Shown here: one piece after another, positions 47,428 through 49,514 of the stretch
Numbering within the stretch: the stretch's first letter is position 1
How the letters are laid out: each line of letters opens with the position of its first letter
Assembly: GCA_964584995.1 (NCBI GenBank)
Contig: CAZPCA010000002.1
Span: 1 to 49,514, forward strand
DNA length: 49,514 nucleotides
DNA from: an uncultured Bifidobacterium sp.
Lineage (GTDB): Bacteria; Bacteroidota; Bacteroidia; AKYH767-A; OLB10
Reading direction: 5' to 3'
Notes under the pieces: model-generated
Databases searched by the model: none
What the model saw: the letters and a program-made list of their open reading frames with translations, nothing else
What the model was told of the DNA's origin: nothing
Translations under genes and position numbers: made by a program

Positions 47428-47503
47428 GGTGATGTAGCTCAGTTGGTAGAGCAAAGGACTGAAAATCCTTGTGTCGACGGTTCGATTCCGCCCATCACCA
47501 CCA
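47428..47503 (+). tRNA. tRNA-Phe (anticodon GAA), CCA encoded
   Basis: Acceptor stem GGTGATG/CATCACC, D arm TAGCTCAGTTGGTAGAGC, anticodon stem-loop GGACTGAAAATCC (GAA), T arm GGTTCGATTCC, discriminator A, then CCA at 47501-47503. Confidence 0.95.
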
Positions 47504-47523
47504 CTTCCTGATCATCTAATATA

Positions 47524-47919
47524 ATGAAAACCAATCGCTATCGTAGGGTCCTACTGATCGACGACAATGAGATTGACAATTTCATCAATGAGCGGATGAT
47601 TACAACCAGTCATTTTTCCGAAGAAGTCATAGTCAAAAATTCCTGCGACGCCGCACTGGAATATCTCCAATCACTGGAAAATCAGGACAACTATCCTGAA
47701 ATTGTATTTCTGGATTTGAACATGCCGGTGAAAGACGGATTTGCCTTTTTAGAAGAATTCGAATCCCTGCCTGACGCAATCAAAACAACTTCAAAAATCG
47801 TCGTCCTCTCATCCTCCATTTCACCCGAGGACATCAGCCGTGCATCAACGAACCCTCATGTTTTCAAGTACGTGAACAAGCCGCTGAGTGAAAAATACCT
47901 CGAAGCCATCATTTTGTGA
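47524..47919 (+). CDS. Single-domain response regulator (CheY-like receiver only)
   Basis: 131 aa with RVLLIDDNEIDN (acidic pocket), VFLDLNMPVKDG (phospho-acceptor Asp), VVLSSS and KYVNKPL (conserved Lys). No output domain. Confidence 0.88.
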   Translation: MKTNRYRRVLLIDDNEIDNFINERMITTSHFSEEVIVKNSCDAALEYLQSLENQDNYPEIVFLDLNMPVKDGFAFLEEFESLPDAIKTTSKIVVLSSSISPEDISRASTNPHVFKYVNKPLSEKYLEAIIL

Positions 47920-47960
47920 AAAGATGGATGGCTGATGAAGCACAGACTCATCCGTAAATA

Positions 47961-47991
47961 AAAAACGCCGGTCTTTAAAGCCGGCGTTTTT
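47961..47991. terminator. Bidirectional terminator between the convergent response regulator gene and the 485-aa gene
   Basis: AAAAACGCCGG-TCTTTAAAG-CCGGCGTTTTT: a perfect 11-nt arm with A and T runs on both sides. Confidence 0.8.
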
Positions 47992-48013
47992 GTTCATATT
48001 TATACTGAGCGTA

Positions 48014-49471
48014 TCAGTCCTTGATCGGATTGCTCATTCTGCGCAATACATTTTCATCTGCACGCACATACCTGAGTACCTGGTAGGACCCTTTATTAAG
48101 TGTTGTGAACTCATCCCACATCTCGGTGATGCGCTTGATTTTCCTGCGGTAATCTGCAGGCTTGAGGGCGGTTTTTATGAGCTTCATGAAGTACCTGGAG
48201 GACTCGAACTCTGCGTCGTGCTCCCGTATCTGACGCTTGAGACTGGACATGATCTGCATACACAAGCTATCATCGCCCAGAATGCAATACTGCATCGCCT
48301 GGAACAATTTCGCATCCACATCGGTGAACAGATGCTGCTTGAGGGACATCTGGTTACGCAGTTCATTTATTTTCTTCGCAGCGCCCGAAAAATCGCGCTG
48401 ATAGAATTTCACTACCGCCAGGAACTTCTTCACGCTGATATAATGGAATGACTCCTCTTGCGGCACCTCCATGTTCTTCTCCAGCTTATCGGCGAAGAAC
48501 TCAAGATGATCGATGTTACCGTCTGTTTGGTATTTGAGCACCTTGGATTGAAGAAACTGGACTACAAAAAAGTGCATGAGGTGCTTTTCGGTCAATGCCG
48601 GCAACTGCTGATGGATACGCTGTAAATAGAAATCCGCTCTTACCGTATTCTCTGTACGAACATAATATTCAAAGTACATCATGTCAGTGATGGCACGAAT
48701 GTTCTGATAGAAGGTATCCAAAGGATAACTCTCAAAAATCTGCGTCATCTTCTGTAACACTCCTTCCATTTCCAGTTCACGGGCCTTGAGTCCGTCACGC
48801 TTGTTAGGATCATTACACAGATAATAGATACGGACTATGTTGTAGAGTACATAAAGACGGTGAGAATCGTACAATTCACAGATGTTGCTCAATTCCCGCT
48901 GCATGATGGTGAGCTCTTCGAGTTCACTTTCGCTTGCGCTCAGCTGATAATTGCCCAGTTTCTTCATGAACCGGAAGAAAAGACCTTCGGCTTTTGAAAC
49001 AGCAAGCGAAAAAGCCACATGCTTATTGTATTTGGTCTCGTAAAATGCGTATTCATCAGTATAGAGATGCAATTGAGCCAGCGTCTTATACACCAGAAGT
49101 AACTCAGCATTCAGATCGTATTCGATGAGCTGTTTCTCCAATTCGCGCAAAGCCCTGACCGAAAACTCCCTGTTGTTTCCAAAGAGGTGGGCCGGTACGC
49201 GGGACACTTCGTCCATCAATGTCTGAATCGGATTCTGCACCTTCTTACTGAGAATAGCTGCAATCCTTGAATTGAGTCTTGACTTCAGCGTATAATACGC
49301 GCTGGGATTCACCTGCAAAATCTCCATCATTTCGCTGTCCTCAATATCCCTGTTCCTTGTCGTCTCCAACACCAGGAAAGGCTTGTTCTTCTTTTTACCT
49401 GACACCTCCTGCAACAATTGCTGGTACTCTTCGTCTGTCAGCTTTTTAATGGTCTTGCTTAAGATTTCCAT
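48014..49471 (-). CDS. Hypothetical all-helical protein, possible N-terminal HTH plus helical-repeat domain
   Basis: An uninterrupted 485-aa ORF with normal composition. An HTH-like stretch lies near aa 45-75 (DSEMMEILQVNPSAYYTLKSRLNSRI), and the rest is predicted helical with TPR-like periodicity. I recognise no family. Confidence 0.55.
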   Translation of the reverse strand: MEILSKTIKKLTDEEYQQLLQEVSGKKKNKPFLVLETTRNRDIEDSEMMEILQVNPSAYYTLKSRLNSRIAAILSKKVQNPIQTLMDEVSRVPAHLFGNNREFSVRALRELEKQLIEYDLNAELLLVYKTLAQLHLYTDEYAFYETKYNKHVAFSLAVSKAEGLFFRFMKKLGNYQLSASESELEELTIMQRELSNICELYDSHRLYVLYNIVRIYYLCNDPNKRDGLKARELEMEGVLQKMTQIFESYPLDTFYQNIRAITDMMYFEYYVRTENTVRADFYLQRIHQQLPALTEKHLMHFFVVQFLQSKVLKYQTDGNIDHLEFFADKLEKNMEVPQEESFHYISVKKFLAVVKFYQRDFSGAAKKINELRNQMSLKQHLFTDVDAKLFQAMQYCILGDDSLCMQIMSSLKRQIREHDAEFESSRYFMKLIKTALKPADYRRKIKRITEMWDEFTTLNKGSYQVLRYVRADENVLRRMSNPIKD

Positions 49472-49514
49472 GTTGTGTAATGATTTAGAGAATAATTTTT
49501 CTGGTTTATTGCTC

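Noticed and set aside
1-49514. A scan for CRISPR arrays, IS or transposase genes, integrases, toxin-antitoxin pairs, restriction-modification systems or other defence islands.
   Set aside because: I noticed no regularly spaced direct repeats and no ORFs with transposase, integrase, nuclease or methylase motifs on either strand. Gene content is overwhelmingly conserved core envelope and metabolism genes.

Overview
This 49.5-kb window is mostly conserved chromosomal backbone from a Bacteroidota genome. The phylum call rests on a GldC homolog, a T9SS C-terminal sorting domain, the FtsZ tail ...NNQFLHDRVD, and the uppS-bamA-skp-skp-murI synteny.

Gene content, left to right:
- Positions 230-16141 (minus strand) hold a tightly packed dcw division and cell-wall operon: mraZ-rsmH-ftsL-ftsI-murE-mraY-murD-ftsW-murG-murC-ftsQ-ftsA-ftsZ-yqeY. 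It lacks murF, ddl and murB, which is usual for this phylum. A textbook triple MraZ box array lies just upstream of mraZ.
- A 428-bp structured intergenic region follows, then a divergent two-gene aminolipid-type acyltransferase operon (PlsC-like plus OlsB/GlsB-like).
- Next come engB, gldC, and a large outer-membrane protein gene with a PD40/TolB-like propeller and an Omp85-type barrel. An A9 tract splits this gene into two frames.
- Then an M20 amidohydrolase, a minimal Hanks-type kinase, and a 988-aa modular T9SS cargo protein.
- Housekeeping genes fbp, serA, pdxJ, a CBS protein, a second Omp85-family protein and nadK follow.
- Then two tandem DUF6089-like beta-barrel paralogs, uppS, bamA, two skp/ompH genes and murI.
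- The right end has ppiD, a small 2-TM protein coupled to lptC, a porin-like protein, coaX, tRNA-Phe, an orphan receiver-domain protein and an unrecognised 485-aa helical protein.

I found no CRISPR array, IS element, integrase or obvious defence or toxin system.

The points most worth follow-up are:
- the MraZ operator and a second, distal MraZ-like box pair facing the lipid operon;
- the A9-tract frame break in the propeller/Omp85 gene;
- a possible single-base frame problem at the porin-like/lptC junction;
- several orphan hairpin or terminator structures that could mark small RNAs.

All functional calls come from reading motifs in the translated ORFs. No database search was run.
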